In this document: in pieces, positions 37,269 through 48,034 of the stretch
How positions within the stretch are numbered: the stretch's first letter is position 1
Layout: each line of letters starts with the position of its first letter
Assembly: GCA_018672055.1 (NCBI GenBank)
Contig: JABHGM010000001.1
Coordinates: 264,884-328,883 of the forward strand
Direction: 5' to 3'
From: a bacterium
GTDB taxonomy: Bacteria > Patescibacteriota > Patescibacteriia > UBA1558 > UBA10009
Length of the DNA stretch: 64,000 bases
The notes under the pieces: model-generated
The model's input: the letters and a program-made list of their open reading frames with translations, nothing else
Told to the model about the DNA's origin: nothing
Database searches by the model: none
Made by a program: the position numbers and the translations under genes

Positions 37269-37940
37269 ATGGAGTATCAAGGTTTAAAAATAGAACATTT
37301 TAGCCATGACTGCTTTCAGCTATCATATATGGATAAGGTAATATATATTGATCCATATCATCTAACTGCTAGTCAGGCTGTTAGGGCTGATTATATTTTT
37401 ATAACTCATGGGCATTTTGATCATTGTAGTCCAAATGATATTAAAAAGATAATTAGCGTTGATACTATTATAATAGCTTTAGCTGAATGCATGGAACAGT
37501 TACAAAGCTTAAGAGTTAAAGAAGTAAATTATGTTGAGCCTAATCAACAATTAACTTTACCTGACTTTAATGTTGAAACTATACCTGCATATAATTTAGA
37601 TAAGTTTAGATCTCCTGGAGTACCATATCATCCAAAAGAAGAAAAAAAGGTAGGTTATGTATTAGATTTCAATGGTTTGAAATTGTTTCACACTGGTGAT
37701 GCGGATAATATACCTGAGTTTGCTAGTTTAAAAGATATTGATATAGCCTTACTACCTGTTTCTGGTACATATGTTATGACTCCTGAAGAAGCTGTTCAAG
37801 CCACACGTGTTATTAAGCCTAAAATGGTAATACCAATGCATTATGGTAGTATTATAGGTAGTAAAGATGATGCTATAAAGTACAAGGAAGGTGTTAATAA
37901 TAGCCCTGACTTAACTGGTATAGAAGTCAATATTATTTAA
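37269..37940 (+). CDS. metallo-beta-lactamase-fold hydrolase
   Basis: ITHGHFDHCS His-x-His-x-Asp-His motif. Confidence 0.7.
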   Translation: MEYQGLKIEHFSHDCFQLSYMDKVIYIDPYHLTASQAVRADYIFITHGHFDHCSPNDIKKIISVDTIIIALAECMEQLQSLRVKEVNYVEPNQQLTLPDFNVETIPAYNLDKFRSPGVPYHPKEEKKVGYVLDFNGLKLFHTGDADNIPEFASLKDIDIALLPVSGTYVMTPEEAVQATRVIKPKMVIPMHYGSIIGSKDDAIKYKEGVNNSPDLTGIEVNII

Positions 37941-38141
37941 TAGTTGCATATACTTTGTAGTTGAGTTATAATAGATAAGCACCAGAATTTTCAATCTTGT
38001 CCACAGTTACAAAAATCAACATCTTGTGATATAATCATAAGGTAGACTACTACATGTAGTGGTAGTAGAATATATTTAAAGAAAAGCGATGTGTTAATTA
38101 ATTAGTAACTCATATTTTTTTTCGCTAAAATTTATATATAT

Positions 38142-41006
38142 ATGACCAACCCAAATTCTAATTTTGATTCAGAAACTGAGACAAAAACATCAGATTTTGA
38201 TATTGCAAAAGAGCCTAAGACAGAAAAAGCTCCTTTTTTATTTAAAAAAAGTAAATCAGGCCTTGAATTTAATAGATATTTTACTAAAAAAGATATTCAT
38301 CCTTATGATGAGATTACTTGGGAATCTAGAGATGCTTCCATAACTAATTCTGAGGGTGAAGTAGTATTTTCTCAAAAAGGCGTTGAAATACCTAAGACTT
38401 GGTCACAAACTGCTACTAATATTGCTGTACCTCATTACTTTAGAGGTAGAGTTGGCACTAAAGACAGAGAGACTAGTGCTAAGCAAATGGTTGACAGAGT
38501 AGCTCAAACTGTTTCTAACTGGGGTTTAGAGGGTGATTATTTTAAATCTGAAGATGATGCTAAAATATTTGAAACTGAACTTACAGCTATTCTTATAAAT
38601 CAACGGGCTGCATTTAATAGCCCTGTTTGGTATAACGTAGGAATTGAAGAACATCCACAGTGTAGTGCTTGTTTTATTAATTCTGTTCAAGATGATATGC
38701 GTTCCATTCTTAACTTATCAGTTACTGAAGGAATGCTTTTTAAATTCGGTTCAGGTACAGGTACTAATTTATCTGTACTTCGTTCTTCTAAAGAATATTT
38801 AGCTAATTCTAATGGTAAGGCTTCTGGTCCTGTTTCATTTATGAAGGGCTTTGATGCTTTTGCTGGAGTTATTAAATCTGGTGGTAAAACAAGAAGAGCT
38901 GCTAAGATGGTTATTTTAAATGTAGAGCATCCAGATATTGAAGAGTTTATTAACTGTAAAGCACATGAAGAGAAAAAAGCTTGGGCTTTAATTGAAATGG
39001 GTTATGATGGTTCTTTAAATGGTGAAGCTTATGGTTCTGTATTTTTTCAAAATGCTAACAACTCAGTAAGAGTTGTAGATAATTTCATGCAATCTGTTAA
39101 AGATGAAAAGGATTGGAATACTAAATATGTTTCAACTGGTGAAGTAGCAGATACTTACAAAGCAAAAGATTTAATGGATCAGATTTGTGAAGCTACTTGG
39201 ACTTGTGGTGATCCTGGTTTACAATTTCATACAACTATAAATAAATGGCATACTTGTCCAGAGAGTGCAGTAATTAATGCTTCTAATCCATGTTCTGAAT
39301 ATATGTTTGTTGATGATAGTGCTTGTAACTTATCATCTATTAATTTATTAAAATATAGACAAGAAGATGGTAGTTTTGATGTCGAAGGTTTTAAACACAC
39401 AGTTGAAATAATGATAACTGCTCAAGAAATAATAGTTGAGAATTCAAGTTATCCAACTCCAGCTATTGAACAGAATTCTCATGACTTCAGACCACTTGGT
39501 CTTGGTTATGCTAATTTAGGAGCTATCCTTATGAGTAATGGTTTACCTTATGATAGTATTGAAGGTAGAAATTTTGCAGGAGCTGTTACCTCTCTTATGA
39601 CTGGTTGGGCTAATTATCAATCTGCTAAACTTGCTCAAGTTAAGGAACCATTTAAATATTATGAATTAAATAGTAAATCTATGCTTAATGTTATTAGTAT
39701 GCATAGAGAATTAGCCTATAAATTAGGCGCTTCTGGTGTATCACCAGAACTTTTAAAAGCTTCACAAGATGTTTGGGATAAAGCATATGATTTAGGACAA
39801 GAAGCAGGTTACAGGAATGCTCAAGTTTCTGTATTAGCACCTACTGGTACTATTGGTTTTTTAATGGATTGTGATACTACTGGTATTGAACCTGATATTG
39901 CTTTAGTTAAGTATAAATGGTTAGTTGGTGGTGGTATGCTTAAGATTGTAAATCAAACTGTACCATTAGCTCTTAAAACTCTAGATTACAAAGATGAAGA
40001 AATTGACAGTATTTTAGAATATATTGATAAGAATGAAACTATTGAAGGGGCTCCTAAATTAAAAGAAGAACATATTCCAATATTTGATTGTGCTTTTAAA
40101 CCTAAAAATGGTGATAGGACTATTCATTATATGGGTCATATTAGAATGATGTCAGCAGCTCAACAATTTTTATCAGGTGCTATTTCTAAGACAGTTAATT
40201 TACCTGAAGATGCTACTGTAGCAGATATTAAAGAAGTATATATGACAGGTTGGGAACTTGGACTTAAAGCTATTGCAGTATATCGTGATAATTCAAAGAG
40301 AACTCAACCACTTACCCTTAAAGATAGTGAAGTAGGTGCTATAAAGAGTGATGTAATTAAACCGGCTCGTCATAGAATGCCTATGGAAAGAACTGCTATA
40401 ACTCATAAGTTTTCTATTGCCAGCCATGAAGGTTATTTAACAGTTGGATTATATGAAGATGGACAGCCTGGAGAATTATTTATTTCTATGTCTAAAGAAG
40501 GTAGTGTTATATCTGGACTTATGGATTCATTTGCTGTTTCCATATCAGTTGGTTTGCAATACGGAGTACCTCTTCCAGTTTTAGTTAATAGATTTATTCA
40601 TACACGTTTTGAACCATCAGGTTTTACTAATAATCCAAATATTAGAATAGCTAAATCAATTGTTGATTATATTTTTAGATGGTTAGCTATTAAATTTTTA
40701 CCTGCTGAAGATTTAATGAAAGTAGGTTTAAATAATATTGAATCATTAACTAATGGTGATAGCAAAGGTGATTTAGAGAAGTTAACTAAGCTTGCTAGTA
40801 AAGAGGAAAAAGTAGAAGATGATAAAGAAGATGAAGTGGCTTATCAACAAACAGCTTTAAATTTAGAAAAAGAAGATAGTAGTGATAATACAACATTTGA
40901 CATGCAAGCTGATGCCCCTATTTGTGATACTTGTGGTAGTATGATGGTAAGAAGCGGTGCTTGTTACAAATGTATGAACTGTGGAAGCTCATCTGGTTGT
41001 AGTTAG
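38142..41006 (+). CDS. nrdJ: adenosylcobalamin-dependent (class II) ribonucleotide reductase
   Basis: 954 aa; typical NrdJ core and C-terminal zinc ribbon CDTCGSMMVRSGACYKCMNCGSS. Confidence 0.9.
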   Translation: MTNPNSNFDSETETKTSDFDIAKEPKTEKAPFLFKKSKSGLEFNRYFTKKDIHPYDEITWESRDASITNSEGEVVFSQKGVEIPKTWSQTATNIAVPHYFRGRVGTKDRETSAKQMVDRVAQTVSNWGLEGDYFKSEDDAKIFETELTAILINQRAAFNSPVWYNVGIEEHPQCSACFINSVQDDMRSILNLSVTEGMLFKFGSGTGTNLSVLRSSKEYLANSNGKASGPVSFMKGFDAFAGVIKSGGKTRRAAKMVILNVEHPDIEEFINCKAHEEKKAWALIEMGYDGSLNGEAYGSVFFQNANNSVRVVDNFMQSVKDEKDWNTKYVSTGEVADTYKAKDLMDQICEATWTCGDPGLQFHTTINKWHTCPESAVINASNPCSEYMFVDDSACNLSSINLLKYRQEDGSFDVEGFKHTVEIMITAQEIIVENSSYPTPAIEQNSHDFRPLGLGYANLGAILMSNGLPYDSIEGRNFAGAVTSLMTGWANYQSAKLAQVKEPFKYYELNSKSMLNVISMHRELAYKLGASGVSPELLKASQDVWDKAYDLGQEAGYRNAQVSVLAPTGTIGFLMDCDTTGIEPDIALVKYKWLVGGGMLKIVNQTVPLALKTLDYKDEEIDSILEYIDKNETIEGAPKLKEEHIPIFDCAFKPKNGDRTIHYMGHIRMMSAAQQFLSGAISKTVNLPEDATVADIKEVYMTGWELGLKAIAVYRDNSKRTQPLTLKDSEVGAIKSDVIKPARHRMPMERTAITHKFSIASHEGYLTVGLYEDGQPGELFISMSKEGSVISGLMDSFAVSISVGLQYGVPLPVLVNRFIHTRFEPSGFTNNPNIRIAKSIVDYIFRWLAIKFLPAEDLMKVGLNNIESLTNGDSKGDLEKLTKLASKEEKVEDDKEDEVAYQQTALNLEKEDSSDNTTFDMQADAPICDTCGSMMVRSGACYKCMNCGSSSGCS

Positions 41007-41274
41007 ATTTTTAACAAAATATTTTTAAATTAAGGAACAGGGTTAAAATCCTTGGCAGTCGCGCTACTGTAACTTAAATATTATTTAAGAAGTCAGGAAC
41101 TTAATTTAAGATTTATTTAATCATGTCTCTTCGCGAAAAAGAGTAGGTGATGATTTCTATTTTGAAAATGATCTTGAATAATTTGAGGTTATTCAAAAAT
41201 AGAAATTAAATCCCTCTTCTTTTTAGAAGAGGGATTTTGTTTAAGTATTGCAAATTAAAATAAAGGAGAGAGAA

Positions 41275-41613
41275 TTGAAAAGAAATAACTTTATCTACTT
41301 AATATTAGTTAGTTTATTTGGATATCTATTTGGTTTCCATAGAATAAATTATCGTACTATTAGAGATATACTTGATGAGCATCATCCAGGTTGGCAAGCT
41401 TGGGATTATCCAGGTATTAATGGTCAGGGTATTTTGTCTGCGCCAGGTTTGGGTAGTAATGGAATTTTTGAGATTAAAGTAAATGGTCAGCATATATTAG
41501 GATCATCAGCAAATATTGATTTTCCTATTACCAGATTTGATCATTTAGAAATTAATAACTGGATATATCGTGGTCAAAAAAATAATCAAGCTAAACCAAA
41601 TCAAGTTCGTTAA
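41275..41613 (+). CDS. hypothetical secreted/membrane-anchored protein
   Basis: ORF 41248..41613; AAGGAGAG RBS lies inside the listed N-terminus, so TTG at 41275 is the more likely start; N-terminal hydrophobic helix. Confidence 0.4.
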   Translation: MKRNNFIYLILVSLFGYLFGFHRINYRTIRDILDEHHPGWQAWDYPGINGQGILSAPGLGSNGIFEIKVNGQHILGSSANIDFPITRFDHLEINNWIYRGQKNNQAKPNQVR

Positions 41614-41661
41614 GGGGGAGGCCTTTCCCCCTTTCTTTACCTATTATTAAATTATATATAT

Positions 41662-43440
41662 ATGAAAAAGAAATTTATTATTTTAACTATCCTTTGCTTA
41701 GTTTTAAGCTTTAGTTTAGTTAGAGCAGAAGTAGATCAATCAACTATTGATTATTTAGTTAGTGAATCTCAGAATCAATGGATTACTATGGCTCTTAGCG
41801 CTGTTGGTTATTCTAATCCTGATATTAGTTATATAGATTCTCTTAATTTAATTACAGCTAATGATTATTCAAAAACTATTTTAGCTTTAACTTCTGTAAA
41901 TGAGAACCCCTATGATTATAATAGTAAAAATTATGTATCATATGTAGAAGATTTTGTAAATAATAATCAAATTGGTGATCCTACTTTATTAAATGATGAT
42001 TTTTGGGGTGTTATGGCTTTAAGATCATCAGGTTATGATGTAAATAATAGTGTTATTCAAGGAAGTAAAGATTTTCTTTTAAGTAATCAAAATTCTGACG
42101 GTGGTTTTAGTTATGTAGTTGGAGGATCTAGTGATACTAATGATACTGCCGCTGCTATCATGGCTTTACTTGAAGCAGGTTTAGAAAATAGTTCTTCTGA
42201 ACTTCAAAATGCTATTAATTATCTTCAAAGTTTTCAAAATTCTGATGGTGGATTTCCATATGTATCTGGCAGTGTTTCTGATTCTGGTAGTACTGCTTGG
42301 GTTATATCAGCTCTCTCTAAATCTGGTATTGATATTAATAGTTTAGATCAAGATGGTAATACACCTTTTACTTTTTTAGATAGCCTTTTTAATGAAGATG
42401 GTTCATATAAGTGGGTTTTAGATGATGAACAAGGTTCTGCTATGATGACATCATATGTAGCTGTAGCTCTATCAGATAGTACCTATCCTGTTAATTACTA
42501 TACTCCCGAGGTTGTAACTAATGAGTTAGTTAATTTAAGAATTGAAAGTAGTAGTGAAACAGTTTGTGATATTCAGCTTGAAGCTAGTGATGCTTTAGAA
42601 GTTGTAGTTAATGCTTCCTCAATTTGTGGTTTTGATTATAATATAGAAGAAACAGGTTATGGTCCATATTTAAATATGATAGATGGTGAAGTGGCAGAGG
42701 GTGAATCTGGTTGGCTCTATTTGGTAAATTGGCTATCACCTCCTGTAGGAGCTAGTGAATATGAATTATTAAATGGTGACTCAGTTCTTTGGTATTATGG
42801 TGGGTGGGATATTCAACCACTTCGTTTAACTTTAAGTGATGAACAAATAGAATTAAGTGAAAGTGTTACTATTCTAGTTGAATATTTTAATGGCATAGAT
42901 TGGTTTGTAGCTAACGAAGCTTCAGTAAGTGTAAATAATGAAATTCATTTAACTGATGATACAGGGCAGGTAGTTTTAAATTTAGCTTCAAATGGTAGTT
43001 ATGATGTTTATGCTTCTAAAGAGAATTTTATACGTAGTAATACAGAAGAATTAATAGTTGGTTCAAGTAATAATTCTCAAACAGTTAACTTAACAGTTAA
43101 TATTGATAATCCAGGAGGAGGCGGTGGAGATGATGTAATATCTTTTATAGTTGATACTAATAGTTTTGATTTTGGAACTATGCAACCTGGTGGTGAAGCT
43201 ATTCAATCATTAAATGTTACTAATAATGGTACTACAGCTCTTTACTTAGAAGTAACTGCTACAGGTGATGATGTTTTTCAAGATAACCTATATGTAGATA
43301 ATGAATTTTGGGAAAATTATTCAGATGACTATGGCTTAAGTCAAACAAAAGAGGTAGAATTAAAATTACAAATTCCTACTAATTATGCAGGAAGTGGTCA
43401 AAAACAAGGTGACCTAATTTTCTGGGCTAATGGTAATTAA
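41662..43440 (+). CDS. secreted protein with prenyltransferase/squalene-cyclase-type alpha-alpha toroid repeats and C-terminal Ig-like region
   Basis: Signal peptide; repeated QNSDGGF...AAA.MAL motifs (NQNSDGGFSYVVGG...AAAIMALLEAG; FQNSDGGFPYVSGS...TAWVISALSKSG). Confidence 0.6.
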   Translation: MKKKFIILTILCLVLSFSLVRAEVDQSTIDYLVSESQNQWITMALSAVGYSNPDISYIDSLNLITANDYSKTILALTSVNENPYDYNSKNYVSYVEDFVNNNQIGDPTLLNDDFWGVMALRSSGYDVNNSVIQGSKDFLLSNQNSDGGFSYVVGGSSDTNDTAAAIMALLEAGLENSSSELQNAINYLQSFQNSDGGFPYVSGSVSDSGSTAWVISALSKSGIDINSLDQDGNTPFTFLDSLFNEDGSYKWVLDDEQGSAMMTSYVAVALSDSTYPVNYYTPEVVTNELVNLRIESSSETVCDIQLEASDALEVVVNASSICGFDYNIEETGYGPYLNMIDGEVAEGESGWLYLVNWLSPPVGASEYELLNGDSVLWYYGGWDIQPLRLTLSDEQIELSESVTILVEYFNGIDWFVANEASVSVNNEIHLTDDTGQVVLNLASNGSYDVYASKENFIRSNTEELIVGSSNNSQTVNLTVNIDNPGGGGGDDVISFIVDTNSFDFGTMQPGGEAIQSLNVTNNGTTALYLEVTATGDDVFQDNLYVDNEFWENYSDDYGLSQTKEVELKLQIPTNYAGSGQKQGDLIFWANGN

Positions 43441-43443
43441 AAT

Positions 43444-44007
43444 ATGAAGAAACTATTCTTAATCTTATTACTTTTTTTCTTTAGTTTTAATGTTGCTTTA
43501 GCAGCTGGTTTGGCTGTTACTCCTGATAACCTATATATTGAGACTAAAGTAGATAAGATAGCTGAAACAAGCTTAATGGTTAAGAATATATCTACTAAAG
43601 CCGCTCTTTACAGTATCTATACTGATGAACTTGCTGATCAGATTGAAATAATACCTAATTTATTTCAATTAATGCCTAATGAAAGTATGAATGTTATAAT
43701 TCAAGCTAAGCCTAATAATTCTGGTATTCAAGCTACAGTTATTTCAGTTATTGCTCAAGATTTAAATAGGAAAGAGTTTAATGCTGGTACTGGTGTTAAA
43801 GTAGATTTAGTAATTAAAGCATTAGCACAAGATAATGTGGTAAGATCTATTATTAAATTATGGTTACTTATCATCATAACTATTTTAGTAATTATTATTG
43901 TTTATTTAATAACTAGATACAGGCAAAGACAAAGTTTTTGGTATAAGGTAAAGCATCCGGTAGAGTTGATGCATAAGAAACCTTGGTATAAAAAAATATT
44001 TAAATAA
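43444..44007 (+). CDS. surface protein with C-terminal transmembrane anchor
   Basis: Signal peptide, beta-rich region, TM helix LWLLIIITILVIIIVYLI then basic tail. Confidence 0.45.
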   Translation: MKKLFLILLLFFFSFNVALAAGLAVTPDNLYIETKVDKIAETSLMVKNISTKAALYSIYTDELADQIEIIPNLFQLMPNESMNVIIQAKPNNSGIQATVISVIAQDLNRKEFNAGTGVKVDLVIKALAQDNVVRSIIKLWLLIIITILVIIIVYLITRYRQRQSFWYKVKHPVELMHKKPWYKKIFK

Positions 44008-44008
44008 T

Positions 44009-44551
44009 ATGGAGGACGCTCAAATACAAGTATATACTGGAGAAGGCAAGGGTAAAACTACAGCATCTTTAGGACTAGCTATTAGAGCCTTAGGCAGAGA
44101 TAAGAAAGTGATTACCATTTACTTTGATAAGGGTGGTGATCATTATGGTGAAAGAAAGATTTTAGATGAATTAAAAAGTGATAAGTTTAATTATTTAGTA
44201 ACTGGTTTAGAAAGATTTGATTCAAAGACTAAGAAGTTTAGATTTGGAGTAATCGACAGAGATGTAACTGAAGCTAAAAGAGGTTTAGAACTCATTACTA
44301 ATGAATTTAAAAAAAATAGTGTTGATTTATTAATTTTAGATGAGATTAATAATTCAATTAAATTAGGTATGTTAGACATTGAAGATGTATTAGAGGTATT
44401 AAAAATGAAACCAAAGAATATGGAACTTGTTTTAACTGGCAGAGATGCTCATCCAAAAATTATTGAACTTGCAGATTTAGTTACTGAAATGAAAATGATA
44501 AAACATTATTATAATAAAGGCTTAGATGCTAGAGAGGGAATTGAATATTAA
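44009..44551 (+). CDS. cob(I)yrinic acid a,c-diamide / corrinoid adenosyltransferase (CobO/BtuR family)
   Basis: IQVYTGEGKGKTTASLGLAIRALG ... LILDEI pattern of CobA/CobO. Confidence 0.75.
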   Translation: MEDAQIQVYTGEGKGKTTASLGLAIRALGRDKKVITIYFDKGGDHYGERKILDELKSDKFNYLVTGLERFDSKTKKFRFGVIDRDVTEAKRGLELITNEFKKNSVDLLILDEINNSIKLGMLDIEDVLEVLKMKPKNMELVLTGRDAHPKIIELADLVTEMKMIKHYYNKGLDAREGIEY

Positions 44552-44562
44552 AATTTTAACTT

Positions 44563-44997
44563 ATGAAATTATTTAAATTATTATTAATTGCTCTTATTTT
44601 CTTTATTGCTGGATTTTTTGTAGGACAAGGATATAATTTGCCAGTGAATAATGAAAGTAATGAAAATATTGAGATTGGGCAATTATCTAATTTAACAATA
44701 GCTATTTCTTTTTCAGACATTAATGTAATGGAAATTCAAAATTTAGTTATTGATAGTAATAAATCAGTTTTAGATTTATTAAGTTTAGTTGTTGAGGAAA
44801 ATAATATAGAATTTAGTCTTAGAGACTATGGTGACTTAGGTTATTTAGTTGAAAGAATCGGTGACATGAAAAATGGTGATGATAATAAGTTTTGGCAATT
44901 CTGGATTAATGGAGAATATTCTCAAATTGGAGCAGCTGATTACTTAGTTCAAAGTAATGACTTAATTGAATGGAAGTTTACGGATAATCAATATTAA
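44563..44997 (+). CDS. secreted DUF4430-like protein (putative cobalamin-binding, transcobalamin-like)
   Basis: Signal anchor; C-terminal FWQFWINGEYSQIGAADYLVQSNDLIEWKF matches the remembered DUF4430 W-x-F-x-VNG...GA...L..GD.I.W pattern. Confidence 0.5.
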   Translation: MKLFKLLLIALIFFIAGFFVGQGYNLPVNNESNENIEIGQLSNLTIAISFSDINVMEIQNLVIDSNKSVLDLLSLVVEENNIEFSLRDYGDLGYLVERIGDMKNGDDNKFWQFWINGEYSQIGAADYLVQSNDLIEWKFTDNQY

Positions 44998-45021
44998 ATT
45001 ATAATTAATATATATAACATT

Positions 45022-45561
45022 ATGAAAAAACAGTATTTAATCTTAATTCTGGGCTTAGCAATATTAGGGGTTTTAATGCGTTTAATGCCTCATCCTGCTA
45101 ATTTCTCACCACTTATTGCCATATCTTTGTTTGCTGGCTATTATTTGCCTCGTAAATGGGCAATTATCTTACCTATGGGTATTATGTTTTTAACTGATAT
45201 GTTTTTAGGCTTTTATGAGCTCCCTATTATGTTAACAGTTTATGGTTGTTTCTTGATGTCAGTTTTTATTGGTAAGTATCTAAAATCAAGAGGTAATGCT
45301 TTAACTATCTTAACATCTACCTTAGCCTTATCTATTCTTTTCTTTTTAGCTACTAATTTTGCTGTTTGGTTTTTTAGTCCTTGGTATAGTCATGATTTAA
45401 ATGGATTGTTAATGACTTTTACTTTAGCTATACCATTCTTTAAGAATAGTTTAATGGGTAATGTATTTTTTACCTCTGTTCTATTTGGTGGTTTTGAAAT
45501 AGTTAAAATAGCTAGATTTAGTTTAGTTACTAAACTTAGAGAAAATAAATTAAAAGTATAG
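45022..45561 (+). CDS. membrane protein, possible ECF-type transporter substrate-specific (S) component
   Basis: 179 aa, 5-6 TM helices; size and topology consistent with an S component; position in the cobalamin-related cluster. Confidence 0.4.
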   Translation: MKKQYLILILGLAILGVLMRLMPHPANFSPLIAISLFAGYYLPRKWAIILPMGIMFLTDMFLGFYELPIMLTVYGCFLMSVFIGKYLKSRGNALTILTSTLALSILFFLATNFAVWFFSPWYSHDLNGLLMTFTLAIPFFKNSLMGNVFFTSVLFGGFEIVKIARFSLVTKLRENKLKV

Positions 45562-45564
45562 TCT

Positions 45565-46578
45565 ATGTGGTTTGTATTTATAATATTAATATTACTATCA
45601 GCGTTTTTCTCAGCTTCAGAAATTGCTTTCTTTTCACTTGGTCCAGCTCAAGTAAAAATGATGATTCAAAAAAAAGAATCTAAAGCTAATTTAATATATC
45701 GTTTAAAGAAAAAACCTCAAGAATTATTAATTACTATTTTAATTGGTAATAATGTAGTAAATATATTAGGTGCTTCTTTAGCTGCTGTTATTTCTGTTGA
45801 AATATTTGGTAGTTTGGGAATTGGTATTGCTACTGGTATGGTTACTTTGTTTGTTTTAATCTTTGGTGAGATTATTCCAAAATCTATTGCTCAGAAAAGA
45901 AATAAAGAGTTTGCTAGATTAAGTGCTCCTTGGCTTTACTTAATATCTATTATCTTATGGCCAGTTACTAAAGTGTTAGTTTTTGTAAATAATATATTAT
46001 TAAAGAAATTATTTAAAGACAAAGGTAATAAATTAGTTACTGAAGAAGAGATTAAATCATTAACTAGGCTTGGCGTAGAAACTGGTGCAATTCAGTACAA
46101 GGAAAGAGAAATGATTGAAAATGTATTTAGTTTTAATGATATTAAAGTTGGTGAAATAATAACTCCAAGGTATAAGGTGACGTCATTAAATGGTGAAGTG
46201 CCAATCGAACAGATAACATATTTTGCTGGTCAAGAAGGTCATTCAAGATATCCAGTTTATGAAAATGATGAGGATAATGTAATTGGTTATGTTCATAGTA
46301 ATGATTTAATGAGATTTTTAAATAGTGATGAACGTGAAAAGCTAGTTAAAGAAATAGTAAGACCTGTATCAAAAGTATCAGAAGAGAGAAAGATAGAGCA
46401 GATTTTTAGAAAAATGATTAGTCTTAAAGAGCATTTATTTTTAGTAACCCGCAGGGAAGATAAAGATGAGATTATTGGTATTGTTACTATGGAAGACATT
46501 TTAGAGGAATTAGTTGGGGAAATTGAAGACGAAATAGATGCTTTAAATAATAATCAAAAAAAAGCGAATAATACATAA
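45565..46578 (+). CDS. CNNM/CorC-HlyC family transporter (DUF21 + CBS pair)
   Basis: N-terminal DUF21 membrane domain and two CBS-like repeats (ITPRYKV..., VRPVSKV...). Confidence 0.8.
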   Translation: MWFVFIILILLSAFFSASEIAFFSLGPAQVKMMIQKKESKANLIYRLKKKPQELLITILIGNNVVNILGASLAAVISVEIFGSLGIGIATGMVTLFVLIFGEIIPKSIAQKRNKEFARLSAPWLYLISIILWPVTKVLVFVNNILLKKLFKDKGNKLVTEEEIKSLTRLGVETGAIQYKEREMIENVFSFNDIKVGEIITPRYKVTSLNGEVPIEQITYFAGQEGHSRYPVYENDEDNVIGYVHSNDLMRFLNSDEREKLVKEIVRPVSKVSEERKIEQIFRKMISLKEHLFLVTRREDKDEIIGIVTMEDILEELVGEIEDEIDALNNNQKKANNT

Positions 46579-46689
46579 AATAAATAGCTAATATTAGCTA
46601 AATACTTAATGATTCTAAGTCTTTACATTATTGCTATTTTATGTTAAATTTAGGGAAGAAATATCCCTTATTTTTTTACCCAAAATATT

Positions 46690-47298
46690 ATGAATATTAC
46701 ATATTACGGAGCTACTTGTTTTAGATTACAGAATAGTAAAATTTCAATATTAATTGATCCGCCTGATAATAAGACAGGTTTAAAGTTACCAAGAATGCAA
46801 AATGATATGGTACTTTTTACTCATGACAAAGATGGTAAAATTAGCGGACAATCATTTATTATAAACTGTCCTGGGGAATACGAAGTTAAAGGTTCCTTTG
46901 TTTATGGTGTTGGAGCTAAATTTGGTAAAGATGCTAAGACTATGTATTTAATAGAAGTCGAGGGAATTAAAATAGTTCATCTTGGCAATATTGATGATGC
47001 TAAATTAAACGAAGATCAATTAGATAAATTAGACGGAGTTGATGTATTAATGGTACCTGTTGGCGGTGGAGATTCTTTAGATAATAAAAAGGCTATGGAA
47101 GTAGTAAATAGTATTGAACCAAGAATAGTTGTACCAATGAATTACAAAGTAAAAGGTTTTAAGACTAAAGTAGAAACAGTTGATAAGTTTAGTAAAGATT
47201 TATCCGCTAAGTCAGAGACAGTAAAAAAGTATAAGATATCTAAAAAAGATTTACCACAAGATGATATAAGATTAGTTATTATTGAACCTTCAAAATAA
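46690..47298 (+). CDS. MBL-fold metal-dependent hydrolase (UPF0173-like)
   Basis: 202 aa; beta-lactamase-fold pattern with HDKDGK and VDVLMVPVGG. Confidence 0.55.
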   Translation: MNITYYGATCFRLQNSKISILIDPPDNKTGLKLPRMQNDMVLFTHDKDGKISGQSFIINCPGEYEVKGSFVYGVGAKFGKDAKTMYLIEVEGIKIVHLGNIDDAKLNEDQLDKLDGVDVLMVPVGGGDSLDNKKAMEVVNSIEPRIVVPMNYKVKGFKTKVETVDKFSKDLSAKSETVKKYKISKKDLPQDDIRLVIIEPSK

Positions 47299-48034
47299 TG
47301 ATATGCCAGAGCCAACGTCAAAACAAAAGCTTGCTATTACTATCTATGTAATAGTTCTGGTTTTAGTAATTGGTTCATTATGGATTTTCTTTTTTAAAAA
47401 GGAATTAAGCAAGAATTTAGTAAATAGTTCCAAAGTAAATATGGCATCTTCCTGGAGTTCATTAACAAGTATATTTTCAGAAGGTAAAAATGCTGTTAAT
47501 CAGTTTCAAGATAATTTAGATAGATTAAATGAAAATCAAGAATTAGATGATGATACAAAGACTAGATTATTAGAAGCAGTTAATAAAAAGTTAGAAGATA
47601 ATAAAATTGATCAATTAAGTTTTTTAGAGAATGATAATTTAAAATTATTTTATCCAAGCAGTTGGTTTATATCAGAAGAAGCTGGAATAATTAATTTAGC
47701 TAGTTATGATTTAGAAAATAATTTATTACCAGATACTAGAGCTGGTTTAGAAATTATTAAGTATAGTAATTCAGAGAGCCTATCAAAAGAGGAATGGTTG
47801 ATAAACTTAGAAAATAATTCATTAGCCTACAGTGTGGAAACATTAACAATTAGTAGTATTGAGTCATTAAAACATGTTACAGATTATCCTGAAAATAATA
47901 CTCAAGTAAATACATATTTAGTGCCATTAGATAATTTTATGCTAGTAATTAGGGTAGATATAGTAAATAGCTATCTTGATGATTATTATAAAATAATTAT
48001 AGAGAATATAATTAATTCAATAATTATAAAATAA
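47282..48034 (+). CDS. hypothetical membrane-anchored protein
   Basis: ORF track 250 aa; N-terminal TM helix. Confidence 0.45.
   Translation: MNLQNNDMPEPTSKQKLAITIYVIVLVLVIGSLWIFFFKKELSKNLVNSSKVNMASSWSSLTSIFSEGKNAVNQFQDNLDRLNENQELDDDTKTRLLEAVNKKLEDNKIDQLSFLENDNLKLFYPSSWFISEEAGIINLASYDLENNLLPDTRAGLEIIKYSNSESLSKEEWLINLENNSLAYSVETLTISSIESLKHVTDYPENNTQVNTYLVPLDNFMLVIRVDIVNSYLDDYYKIIIENIINSIIIK

Noticed and set aside
41007-41247. Possible cobalamin riboswitch in the 240-nt gap after nrdJ
   Set aside because: It lies downstream of nrdJ. No B12-box-like conserved element was recognisable. The region ends in an ordinary terminator (AAATCCCTCTTCTTTTTAGAAGAGGGATTTTG).
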